Of a DNA stretch of 64,000 bases, positions 14,331-28,006 are shown in pieces; positions within the stretch are counted from its first letter, which is position 1; every line of letters starts with the position of its first letter. Both the position numbers and the translations under genes were made by a program. The DNA comes from Octopus vulgaris (taxonomy: Eukaryota). The notes under the pieces are model-generated. The model worked only from the letters and a program-made list of their open reading frames with translations. It had not been told where the DNA came from and made no database searches. Location of the stretch: NCBI GenBank assembly GCA_951406725.2, contig OX597827.1, positions 71,238,001-71,302,000 of the forward strand. Direction: 5' to 3'.

Positions 14331-14364
<34 letters not shown>

Positions 14365-16416
14365 AGAAAGGAAGGAAGAGAGAGAGACAGAGAGACATAA
14401 TGGGAGGAACTGGCGATGGGGGTGCGGGTGGAGGTGATGTTTGCAACGTAGCAAACAACAGGCAGAATAAAAACAAGATGCGTTCTTGCAAAACACCTGG
14501 TGCGTGCGTGCGTGCGTATGTGTGTGTGTGCGTGTACGTGTATGTGTGCGTGTGTGTGTCATGTACGTGTATGTGTGCGTGTGTGTGTGTGTGTGTGTCA
14601 TGTACTTGAATTTGTGGGTGTCATGTACTTGAATTTACTGGTGGAGGTGGTGTCGTTGGTGGTGGAGGGAAGAAAAAGTAATCTGTAAACTGTTTCTCGA
14701 GTTTGCTATGTGATCCATACGAAACTCTGAGTAAAGCCGACCAAAAGATGCCCTCAGCCACAATCAAAACAACATCCCCTCCACACACACAGACATATAT
14801 ATAAATATGTGCACATATATACATACATACATATAGACACACACGCATGTATATATATATATATATTATATATAGAGATATATATAATTCTTTTACGTGT
14901 TTCAGTCATTTGACTGCGGCCATGCTGGAGCACCGCTTTTAGTCGAGCAAATCGAACCCCCAGGACTTATTCTCTGTAAGCCTTAGTACTTATTCTATCG
15001 GTCTCTCTTGCCGAGCAGCTAAGTGACGGGAACGTAAACACACCAGCATCGGTTTAATTGCATTGCAATTATAAGCATTTATGTATTCATAATATTTGGG
15101 TGCTTCACCAGCAGTATATTGGATAACTGATATCCCATAGTGGGTTACCCCCATAACCCCTATCTTACTTTGTACTATATATATATATATACACATATAT
15201 ATGTTGTGAATGGATTTCGTTATTAGTGTGTGTGTCATTTTGTCTGTGGACTTATGCGTACGCATGCACTGTTTAATCTCCAGTACAACATGTACCCGTG
15301 TGTCATTTCTCTCTCTCTCTCTCTCGGTGAATATTGCCTGCATTGTGTGACTGTGTGTTGCTCATGCTTTGTTATTGTAAGCATACGCAAGCCACAGTCT
15401 GCGTGTGTGTATGTGTGTGTGTGCTTGATTTTATTTAACCCGCGGTCGACCCACTTCGAGCAGAGAAGTAGGATCAAAGCTATGACAGCCGTGACCATAT
15501 TGTCATTTTTTTCGAGATACGTAGGAGTATAAGTACACACTGTGTCCTTCTCTTATTAAAAAAAAAACAAAGGGTTCGATCTAGGAAAGATCTGGCTGCT
15601 ATTCCTAGCAAGTCGAGTATGCGTATGCAAGATTTTATTTAGCCCTAAGTCGACCCAGATCGACCAGAACTAGGATCAAATGCATGCCAGAAGTGACCAT
15701 ACCGTTTTGGCTTTTTTTTTTGTAAGATATTCCAGAAAGGGTATATTACGCAATGTGTCCTTCCCCTATATGAGATTATTTTAGGGAAATTTGGCTGCTA
15801 TTTTTCGCAGGTCGAGCGACAACCCGCGTGTGTATGCTTATATTCATTTCGGATAGCAAAAGCCTGTGTGTATGTTTATCTGTATGCATGTGCGTGCGTG
15901 CGTCTGGTGGTAGGGTGGTGGGTGTTTGTGAAATATGCATTTTTGTTTGTACGCGTCATCAAGTGTCTGTGGTGTGTGTAATGTGGACCATACGAGCAGT
16001 TTGCCTTTTGTTTTCCGTATTATCTGACTCTGTGTATGTGTGTGTGTGTGTTGTATGTGTCACTACGAGTTGCCTTGGTGCGTGACTCGATACGCTTATA
16101 TAAGCGCGCAAATGCAACACAACACACACACGCACTTACAAGAAGCTGTGATAACAGCTTGCCATAGTTTTGTGCAAAGCTAGCAAACAAACCACATCAC
16201 ACACACATGGATACAAAACACACAGAACTTAGCAACTATACACACGTAGTTGCGTGCATGTATGCATGTATATATATATGTATGTGTGCTAGCAAGTAAA
16301 GAATAGTATAAACAGAATACAGACACACTGTTATATACACGGGGATAAATGTGCGCGCCCACACATACATTCTTTCTCTCTGTCACACATTGATATATAT
16401 ATAAATAAATAGGCTC

Positions 16417-16509
16417 CTCTGCTGACGAGGCACGCCAGTTGTAAATAAATTTAATTTAATTTAATTAATTTGTTTACCAAAGTTTGCCGAAACTATGCAT
16501 AGTCCAGAG
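16417..16509 (+). ncRNA. Type I hammerhead ribozyme
   Basis: Stem I CTCTG/CAGAG; core CTGACGA (16422-16428); stem II GGCA/TGCC with a distal AU hairpin; GAAA (16489-16492); stem III palindrome ACTATGCATAGT; GTC cleavage triplet (16502-16504). Confidence 0.8.
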
Positions 16510-17164
16510 ATGAAAGGGGTAAACGTTTTTATTTCTCTTTCAATTTCAGAATTACAACTATTTAGCGGTTTGAGTTTGGCTGCTCTTTCTAGTGAGTCGA
16601 ATGTCCTATTATGGCCATTCCCTATATTGTTAAATAAATAAATAGTTATCATAATACTATATAAAGACCATTTGGAGAGTCGAGATTATTTTTATAAAAA
16701 GTTTTCCAGTTTCGAATCGAACATACGTTTTTTGTTTGTTTCTTTCTTCTTGTTTGTCCCTGAAAAACTTGTTAGGAAACAAAATGCAAATTATATATTT
16801 CTTTACTACCCACAAGGGGCTAAACACAGAGGGGACAAACAAACGGATTAAGTCGATTACATCGACCCCAGTGCGTAACTGGTACTTAATTTTATCAACC
16901 CCGAAAGGATGAAAGGCAAAGTCGACCTCGGCGGAATTTGAACTCAGAACGTAACGGCAGACGAAATGCAAAATGCAAATTATAGTTGTGTGTTTGTGTG
17001 TGTATGTGTGCGCGCGCGCGATGCCGTCTTTAGGCAGGGGCGCATTGGGCAGTTGGCCAGGGGGTCCAGCTTTGATCTATATATGTTGTAGCTTGCTGCA
17101 GGGCCAGTGCAATGATTACCCAAGGGGGCGGCTATGTGGTTGCAAAGACAGCGCTACATACGTA

Positions 17165-17198
<34 letters not shown>

Positions 17199-17297
17199 AC
17201 ACTATAAAGTTCCCAGTTTCGAATCATAAATGTTATTTAGATTTAAGTCCGTGCTGGCTTCATGTCATCTAAGTGACGAGGAATCTGTTAACAATCG

Positions 17298-17405
<108 letters not shown>

Positions 17406-18032
17406 TCAATTGAAATATGGAAGGACGAAAACACAAACAACAACAAACCTGGTCTGGCCTTGATTGCTTTTGATTCAGACACTACGATCGATCTAAAAGC
17501 GGTAACATAAAACAACAAACGGGCCTTTTAAAGGCGGGAGTTCGAGTGATGCTGACGAACGAACAGAACAAGATATGTTTATTTACTTCGAATGAACGAA
17601 CCAATTAAAAAAATCTATCTCTACCGCGGTCGCTTCCTTGCTCTGCTAGAAAAAGCAACCAAATACCCCTAAAATTGCACCTAACCCTCTTAAAGTAAAC
17701 GACATTCGTCTGCAAATTAATAATAATAATAATAATTTATTCTTTTTATTGGCCACAAGGGCTGACATACATGATTACATAAAGGGACAAAACAGGACGA
17801 AAGGTTACAAAGGGTTTTGTCCGTTTTTGAAAAATCCGAGTAAAAACTTTATAACAATTAAAAAATTAATAATAATAATAATAATAAAGATTGGATGGTC
17901 ACGGTTGAAATGTCTATGAATATAGAGCTGCTTGATCAGCGATCACTTGAAGTTAAAGAACAAAAATAATTAACCATAAACAATTAAAGTATTTCTGCTG
18001 TTTTATAGTTAGTGTATAATTACCGCAAACAA

Positions 18033-18897
18033 GTCAGAAACGTTAGCGCGCTGGGCGAAATGCTTAGCGGTATATCGTCTGTCGTTACGTTCAGAGTTCA
18101 AATTCCGCCGAGGTCGACTTTGCCTTTCATCCTTTCGGGGTCGATAAATTAAGTACCAGTTACGCACTGGGGTCGATGTAATCGACTTAATACCTATGTC
18201 TGTCCTTGTTTGTCCCCTCTGTGCTTAGCCCCTTGTGGGTAATAAAGAAATAGGTATTTCGTCTGTCGTTACGTTCAGAGTTCAAATTCCGCCGAGGTCG
18301 ACTTTGCCTTTCATCCTTTCGGGGTCGATAAATTAAGTACCAGTTACGCACTGGGGTCGATGTAATCGACTTAATACCTATGTCTGTCCTTGTTTGTCCC
18401 CTCTGTGCTTAGCCCCTTGTGGGTAATAAAGAAATAGGTATTTCGTCTGTCGTTACGTTCAGAGTTCAAATTCCGCCGAGGTCGACTTTGCCTTTCATCC
18501 CTGATAATTTACTTACGCACTGGGGTCGATGTAAACTTAATACTATGTCTGTCCTTGTTTGTCCCCTCTGTTAGCCAGTGGAATAGAAATACGTCTGTCG
18601 TTACGTTCAGAGTTCAAATTCCGCCGAGTCGACTTTGCCTATAAATTAAGTACCAGTTAACTATTAATCCTTAATAATGTCTGTCCTTGTTTGTCCCCTC
18701 TGTGTTTAGCCCCTTGTGGGTAATAAAGAAATAGGTATTTCGTCTGTCGTTACGTTCAGAGTTCAAATTCCGCCGAGGTCGACTTTGCCTTTCATCCTTT
18801 CGGGGTCGATAAATAAGGTACAAGTTTCACACTGGGATTTGTCGGTCCTTGTTTGTCCCCTCAATGTCTAGAACCCCTGTGGGCAGTAAAGAAATAA
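18033..18897 (+). mobile_element. SINE family B, tandem multimer with ~184-bp period (other copies 10350-11120, 16800-16968, 23858-24072, 25705-26090, 47990-48160, 60022-60400)
   Basis: gagttcaaattccgccgaggtcgactttgcctttcatcc core repeated. TSDs taggtataagaggct (23840/24069) and gggactgaacctgaag (60001/60407). Confidence 0.85.
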
Positions 18898-19453
18898 ATA
18901 TTTGCTGTGTATTTAGAGAAATCGCTAAGCTGGAATAAAAAGACAGTGTGTGTATGTGTGTATATATATATATGTGTGTATATATATATGTGTGTGTGTG
19001 TGTGTTGATATATGTTGATTGTCAAGTCGTGTGTGTATGTGTGTCTTTAATATTTGTTTGTAAATAGTTTTGTTTTGCTTTTTTCGACGCTCGCAAACTG
19101 AGATCAAAACCCGCCACGATACGATGATAATCCTAACCAGAATAGACAGAAAACGAAGGCAAACAGAAAGAAAAGAAATAGAAAGAAAAGAAATATTCAA
19201 AAGAAAAGAGAGAGAAAGACGCGATGACACAGAGAAAGACAGGAGGAAAGGAAAAGAAGATGGACTTAAATAAGAGGTGATAAATATATAAAGAAAGAAA
19301 AGACAACAGTCAGAAAGACAGACAGAAAGAAAAAATAGACTGGTAGATATATACTAACAAACGGAGATAGACAGACAGATAGACTGACAGATAAATAAAG
19401 ATATTTCTCTTTTGATATTCAACACACAGACACACATATTATCCGAAGTGTCG

Positions 19454-19492
<39 letters not shown>

Positions 19493-19605
19493 CACTTTAT
19501 TGACAGATGTACGGGTGCATCTTTTCCCTGACTTATGGGCTTTTAAACTACTTACGTATATAAATATATACGTTGACACACACACACATATATATACACA
19601 CACAC

Positions 19606-19638
<33 letters not shown>

Positions 19639-19655
19639 TATATATATACACACAG

Positions 19656-19690
<35 letters not shown>

Positions 19691-19757
19691 TACAGACATA
19701 TATAAGCATAAATACATATATCAAAACAGACACTATACACACAAACACCAAACAAAA

Positions 19758-19806
<49 letters not shown>

Positions 19807-20586
19807 TATAAATATATACAGACATACATATATTTATATATAAGCATAAACACATATGTATATACATACAGAAATTATACACACAAACACCAAACAAAAA
19901 TTTATATATATATATATATACACACATATGCATAAATATATACAGACATACATATATTTATATACAAGCATAATCACACACACATATATACATACATACA
20001 GACACTATACACACAACACAAACACCAAACAAAAATTTATATATATACACACACACAAATATATATAGGCACACATTTAGATATAACATATATGTATATA
20101 TATATATATATATATAAATCTTACCATCAAAAGTTGTTCGGTTGAGGATGATAATATTATTATTATTATTATTATTATGCAGGGCGCAAGATCAGCTTAG
20201 CTGGGATAGACACGCCACAGCCCGTCCTCTCTCTCTCTCTCTCTCTCTCTCTGTGCCACATCAAGTCGTTGCATCTGCTGCAGAATGGCAGGCAGCAGAG
20301 ATGGAAAGCATTTGTTTTGGTTGTTGGACTCCGACTGAGCTTCTTTCTTTTTTTTTTTTTTTGCTGCGATCAGACAACCAGCAACGTTGGCGGTAATTCG
20401 AGATGTTACAACCGGTGAATTTACCAGTTTGTCTCCATGCGTTCAAATGTCTGGCACAAATAATAAGAACCGTATTATTATATCGACATCGTTCGTAAGC
20501 CTGCATTTGAAATTGCACTTTTTTGTTTTGTTTTAACAAGTTGTCTGTGTGTGAACAAACATACACACACACATATAATTTATATA

Positions 20587-20899
<313 letters not shown>

Positions 20900-23800
20900 C
20901 ATATACATACACACATAATTTATATATTCATTTATATTTTATATATATATATAGATAGATAGATATATAGTCACATATACATACGCCGTTTTCAATTTAA
21001 CTGTTGAATGCAATGCTCCAGCATGACCACACAGCAATAACTGAAACTAAGATATAAAAGTATATCTGCATATCTCCTGTCAAACTGTCCAACCCATGCC
21101 AGCATGGAAGGGGGACGTTAAACGATGATGATGAATATCATGATTATGATTATGGTGACATATATACATATGTATACACGTTCATGAATTTGTGTTGCAA
21201 GATTCCTATTCTGAAACCGTGAGCTGAAACATATTGTTACATTTTGGGACGGTCATTTTTTTAGGGGGGGGGGCAAATAAACACACGCACTGTATATTCG
21301 TTCTTCACTCATTTATTACTCCTCTCATTTTAACTCATTTCCATTGTTCAGAAATCTTTCATCACACATCCGTGAGCTCTTCAGTGACACTTTCCCTCCT
21401 CATGTATGCTCCTGCTCTGCTTAATCCATTCTCGTATGCGCATACGGGAAAACCTACTTTTTTCCGTTGAGGACTTATTCTTTGTAAACCTAGTACTTAT
21501 TCTATCGGTCTCTTTTGCCGAACCGCTAAGTTACGGTTGGGGGGACAAACACATATATATACATCTATACGACAGGCTTCTTTCAGTTTCAGTCTACCAA
21601 ATCCACTCACAAGGCTTTGGTCGACCCGAGGCCATAGTAGAAGACACTTGCCCAAGGTGCCACGCAGTGGGACAGAACCCAGAACCTGCTGAACCGCTAA
21701 GTTATGGTTGGGGGGACAAACACATACACACACATATATATACATCTATACGACGGGCTTCTTTCAGTTTCCGTCTACCAAATCCACTCACAAGGCATTG
21801 GTCGACCCGAGGCCATAGTAGAAGACACTTGCCCAAGGTGCCATGCAGTGGGACAGAACCCAGAACCATGTGGTTTGTAAGCAAGCTACTTACCACACAA
21901 CTACTGTCAGATAAATTAAAATTTTTCCCATTTATTTCGGTCCTTCCAAATGCTATTTGAACAAACATGTAAAGTATTTTTAATGTAATGTTTTATGTAT
22001 CTTTTTCTTTTTTTCTTGTAGCTCTATTCTTTTTCTACAACTTTTGTTTATTATTTCTGAAATTTAAATAAATTTTACCTTTTTTTTTTCCAGGCATATG
22101 ACAGTAGAGTGTTAAGTAGAAAAAAAAAAAGGAATGAATTTATTTGATAACCCAATAGTATCTCAGAATCTAGCAGAACATGGTCCTTTTCAATGAACTT
22201 CAGTGCATTTAATTTGATCAAGAAATTAATGCGCTAGACGGCATAGAAATGGGTCATGAAAATTAAATGTTGTTTTTAATATTATTCACCCAGTAAGGTG
22301 GCAAGCTGGCAGAATCGTTAGCATGCCGGGCAAAATGCTTAGTAGCATTTCATCCATCATTTATGTTTTGAGTTCAAATTCTGCCGAGGTCAACTTTGCA
22401 TTTCGTTCTTTCAGAGTTGAAATCAAAATTTGAAACCAACATTATTCACCCAGGACAGTAGATGAAGGACAAGGAATTTTAGCAAGTTCAAGTCTTGTGC
22501 CATTTACAAGCAAGTTCTAAGTTAAATTCTATTAGCCATGTTTCAGCTTCTTCAATATTATCAAGATTTAAATGTTTGTTTAAGAGTTGTTAGCTGATTA
22601 TTGCAGCTGCAAAACCTCATTGCTTGATAGTTGTCAACATCATCATCATCATCATCATTTAACGTCTGCTTTCCATGCTGGCATGGGTTTGACGGTTTGA
22701 CTGAGGACTGGCAAGCCAGATGGCTGCATCAGGTTCCAATCTCGATCTGGCAGAGTTTCTACAGCTGGATGCCCTTCCTAACACCAACCACTCCGAGAGT
22801 GTAGTGGGTGCTTTTATGTGCCACTGGTACGAGGGCCAGTCAGGCGATACTGGCAACAGCCACACTCAAATGGTGCTTTTTACATGCCACCTACACAGGA
22901 GCCAGTCCAGCAGCACTGGCAATGACCTCGCTCGAATGTTTTGTTCACGTGCCAGTAAGGCGACGCTGGTAATGATCACACTCAAATGGTGCTTTTTTAC
23001 GTGCCACCGGCATGGGAGCCAGTCGGCATGGAAGCCAGTCGGCTGCTTGAAATTAACTTTCCGTCGTTACTAAGCTGGTTGGTGTTTAGAACAAATTAGC
23101 ATGAGATTCAAATGGAAGGTTTCGGGTTTAGATCATGTTAAATTGGCATTCCGTTGGTTATGATGACAAGGGTTCCAGTTGATCCGAATCAACGGAACAA
23201 CCTACTCGAGAAATTAACATTGCATGCGGCTGAGCACTCCACAGACACATGTACCCATAACATAGTCTTAAGGGAAATTCAGCATGACAGAAAGTGACAA
23301 GGCTGGCACTTTGAAATACAAGTACCGTACTACACATTTTTGCTAGCAGAGTGGACTGGAACAACATGATACTAGAGTGTCTTGCTCAAGGACACAATGC
23401 AGTGCCGAAAATTGAACTCGTGATTTTATGGTCATGAGCCAAAACCCCTAACCACTAAGCTACATGCGTTCACTCTTGATTATTTCAAAACAGGCAGTTG
23501 GTACCATAGAACCAGAGGCGATTTCAGGCAGGCTGGTATCAAAAGGATTAAAGAAGAAGAACTGTTCATAAAATGAAATCAAATCTAAAATCTGACAAGT
23601 TTCTCTTCCATAACATATCCCCAATAAAGAAATCTTAACAACAGAATCAGAATCCATGGTAGAGGATTTATTCAGATTTCAAACTTTTCAGATCTTGTGG
23701 TTTAAACCCTTTAGCATTCAGGATATTCTGTTAAAAATAATGCCTATTTATTCCCATTGTTTTGAATTAACCTTGCAATATCTCATAGCTTTGGGACTTC

Positions 23801-25054
23801 AAAGATGTGATTGTTTATTTTTAGAATGACATTGTAGGGTAGGTATAAGAGGCTCAAAGGCGGCGAGCTAGCAGAAACATTAGCATGCCAGGCGAAATGC
23901 CGCTACGTTCTGAGTTCAAATTCCGTTGAGGTCGACTTTGCCTTTCATCCTTTCGGGGTCGATTAAATAAGTACCAGTTACGCACTGGGGTCGATATAAT
24001 CGACTTAATCCGTTTGTCTGTCCTTGTTTGTCCCCTCTGTGTTTAGCCCCTTGTGGGTAGTAAAGAAATAGGTATAAGAGGCTGGATCTGACTGGTTTGA
24101 ACTTAAACAAGTAGCTATTTGGGCCAGATATGGCCAGTTTAAATGTTTAAGGGCTACAGGGCCTCTGTTGGTTTTCCCAGACAGGCGAGACAGATAGGAT
24201 GTGGGATGCGAGAGACAGCAAGTGTGAAACAGGTGTGTTTGGTAGACTGAATGGATGGAGGTAGGTATGCAGTTACGTTAGCTCAGAAGAGACCCTTGGT
24301 GGTGCAGATAGATGCTAACGATGCAGAGAATTGAAACAGCACATTTGTTGAGGCAACAGTTGAAGCCTATTGATGGAAAAAAAAAATCATTAAGGCCTTC
24401 TTGTGGATGCTTTTTATGATGTAGGTGTGTGTGTGTGTTTGTAGTAGCATCACTGGTCTACAGCCATGGGCAACAGTACTCCAATATGTTTTACTTGTTG
24501 AATTGAACTCATAATTCATCCACTCCATTAGCTTCAGGAGGGGTGGTCATGAACTCAGTGAACAGCAACTATGAATCAATCCCAGATCTGCAGTGTTCCT
24601 TGATTGGTCCTAGATTAAGTTTCTCCTGTACCAGGAGGACTGCATCATTCATGTTATCACATACTTGGTCTACTGTCTACACTTTTATTGCATTTCAACC
24701 ATCTTTTCTAGTTCTTTCTGCCCATGCTTTATGTAAATCCCCATAAACTGTTGTCTGTCCTTCTGATGTCACCCTCATCTATGTCCCTATGGCTAATAAA
24801 AGAAATTTTTATCATTGAAATCATATAAGGCGGTGAGCTGGCAGAATCGTTAGCGCAATGTGATGAAATCCTTAGCAGTACATCACCCATCGCTACATTC
24901 TGAGTTCAAATTCAGCTGAGGTCAACTTTGCCTTTCATCTTTTTGGGGTCGATAAATTAAGTACCAGTCAAGCACCAGGGTCAATGCAACTGACTCGTCT
25001 CCTGCCCCAAAATTGCTGCCCTTGTGCCAAAATTTGAAATCAATATTATTATAC

Positions 25055-25528
25055 ATTATTTACAATTGATGGATATTTGTCCTCATCTTATTTGTTGTTA
25101 ACACAGCATTTTGGCTGATATACCCTCCAGCCTTCATCAGGTGTTTTGGGGAAATTTCGAACCTGGGTTCTCATTCCTAAGTTATTTTTCGATGTTATTA
25201 TTATTATTATGATTATTATTATTATTCAGGTCACTGCCTAGAATCGAACTCGGAATCTTGGAGTGAGTAGCCCATGCTCTTAACCACTTTGCCATATACC
25301 TGTGGGCGTAGTGGTTAAGAGCGCAGGCTGCTAACCCCAAGATTCCAAGTTTGATTCCAGGCAGTGATCCGAATAATAATAACAAAAACATCGATAAATA
25401 CCTTAGGAATGAGAACCCAGGTTCGAAATTTCCCCAAGACACCTGATGAAGGCTGGAGGGTGTATCAGCCGAAACGTTGTGCTAACAACAAACAAGATGA
25501 GGACAAATATCCATCAATTGTAAATAAT
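25055..25528. mobile_element. Fold-back element: two back-to-back tRNA-like heads, (TAA)n linkers, and PLE-type minimal hammerhead tails
   Basis: The two arms are reverse complements. Each has A/B-box-like motifs (gtagtggttaagagc ... gttcgattcc, slightly mutated). The right arm carries acacCTGATGAaggctg...cagccGAAACGTT at 25439-25478. Confidence 0.7.
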
Positions 25529-27199
25529 TCCTTATAGAACTGCAATATTATTATTATTATTATTCCACCAAGGTTTACTTTGCCTTTTCTATCCTTTCGG
25601 GGTCGATAAATTAAGTACCAGTGAAATACTGACGTTGATGTAATTGACTGTTCCCTTCCCTCAAATTTTCAGGCCCTGTGCCTACAGTAGAAAGGATTAT
25701 TATTAAGGCAGCGAGCAGGCAGAATCGTTAGCATGCTGGACAAAATGCTTAGTGGTATTTCGTCTGCCGCTACATTCTGAGTTCAAGTTCCGCCGAGGTT
25801 GACTTTGCCTTTCATCTTTTCGGGGTTGATTAAATAAGTACCAGTTATGCACTGGGGTCGATATAATCAACTTAATCCGTTTGTCTGTCCTTGTTTGTCC
25901 TCTCTGTGTTCAGCCCCTTGTGGGTAGTATTTCGCCCAACCATATGTTCTGAGTTCAAATTCCGCCAAGGTCGACTTTACCTTTTATCCTTTTGGGGTCA
26001 GTAAAAGGAATATCAGTTGAGAACTGGGGTTGATGTAATCAACTTGCCCCCTCCCTCAAATTTCAGGACTTGTGCCTTTAGTAGAAAGGGTTCTTCTTAT
26101 TATTATTAAATTTTAAATTGGAAAGAACTAAGAAGTTTACTGTGAATGAAATTTAGAGATAAAAAAGTGTGAACAGATTCGAAAAGGAAATTTGAAATTC
26201 AAAATTTGAAAAGAGGTGAGGGTAGGGAGGGGTGGGGGTGGAGGAAGAAAAATTCAGTAAAAATCGAAAACAATACCTCTGCCTTCACTAAGGCAGAGTT
26301 AATACTGGTTTCAAGTTTTTGCACAAGGCCAGCAAGTTAGGTGGAGGAGGTAAGTCAATTGCATTGACTCCAGTGCTCAACTAAACATTTTACCTGGCAT
26401 GCTATCATCATCATCATTGTTCGACCGTGGTCGAGACTTATAGTCTTTTCAAATGGCTAATAATGTGTGCGCGCGCCACTAATACACACATTGGAAAGCA
26501 TTGTACAACCAAGTACTAAAGAAGATCTTTCCTCCTCCATGAAACAAAGCTGTTCCCGCTGGATGTCAACCCAGTATTTCTAAGCTACGGACCGAGTGAT
26601 TTTTTTGTAAGGTTATCTCCCTAGATAGATTGCCTTCAATACGGCTAAGGAGCCCTTTCTACCCCACAGACACAGGTCGTACTGGTTTACAGTTTACCAG
26701 TAGTAGGATCCAATGCTGCGTACAACAGACCTGACCTGGCATGCTAATGATTGCACTAGAATGCTACCTTAATAATAATAAAGTTAATGGTTTGTAACAG
26801 AACTTAACACGAATGGTTCTTTACACAAAAGATTATGAGAGAAGGTTTTAATCTAAATAAAAACACTTTAATAAAAAATAAAAACAAAAATAAAATGGCT
26901 TAGTTTCGTGGAACCAAAAGTTGTCCAGAGAAAAACTTTTCTGCAACACTAACATAAAACAAAACACAAAAAAAGAAATTTTAAAACCGAAACAAACAAA
27001 TAAACAACAACAACAACAACAATAATAATAATAGCAATTGTAACATTTTTAATTTTTCCATAATAAATGCCAACAGGGTAACAATAATTAGATTTTGTTT
27101 CTTTCATATCACTGTATTTACAAACTGATCAAGAAGGATACATCCCATAATACTAACGACTTGTAAGGTACATGGTATTTTGTTATGCAACCCATAATA

Positions 27200-27426
27200 C
27201 AAGGTGGAGCAGAAATGATGGCCCTTTCTATTTGAATCCTGTATTTGAATCACGTTGTAAGAGAAATACTTAATAAATTTCCTAAAACTTCAGAGATTTT
27301 TTCATTAGTTTATTATTCGTTTCTGTAAGTAATGCAATAAATTTGTGTTTAATAAAAAATTGTTAAAAATTTTTATACTATAAAAGTTATTAAATGCAAA
27401 AAGGACATTACTTCTGCTGCACCTTG
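27200..27426. mobile_element. Tc1/mariner-type MITE
   Basis: TIRs CAAGGTGGAGCAGAA / TTCTGCTGCACCTTG with TA on both sides. Confidence 0.7.
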
Positions 27427-27440
27427 TATAGTATAAAGTA

Positions 27441-28006
27441 TTGGGTTGTCCGGAAAGTTTGTGCCGATTTATAGTAGCTTACATTTCGACTTATTTTAGA
27501 ACATGGTTGAGTCCATGAAATAGGATTTGACTACACCTCCATTTAGAGCACAGTTTAAGCTGTCTTTTTGTGGAAGAAGATTTATCTTCCTATAAACTGT
27601 GTTAATTCTGTAACCCTTTAAAATGGAAGATGAGAAAGTTCATTTTCAGCACTTGATGCTTTGGGAACCAGACAAAAAGTGCTGCAGCTCGGCTATGATG
27701 TGTTACCCCACCCTCCATATTCACCAGATATTGCTCCTTCAGATTTCCACTTATTTAGGTCTCTGCAGAATAGTCTTAATGGTAAAAATTTCAATTCCTT
27801 GGATGACGTAAAAAGATACCTTGATGAATTATTTACTATGAAACTGCCACAATTCTGGGAAGAGGGTATTTTCAAGTTAAAGGAAAGATAGAGACGCATT
27901 GTGCAACAAAATGGTTTATATTTGGTTGATTAAAAATGTAATGGCAGGTATTTATTGACCTTTTTCTTTCCTTTAAAAATCGGCACAAACTTTCCGGACG
28001 ACCCAA
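27441..28006 (+). mobile_element. Internally deleted mariner element
   Basis: TIRs TTGGGTTGTCCGGAAAGTTTGTGCCGATTT with TA flanks; transposase C-terminus HPPYSPDIAPSDFHLFRSLQNSL. Confidence 0.9.
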
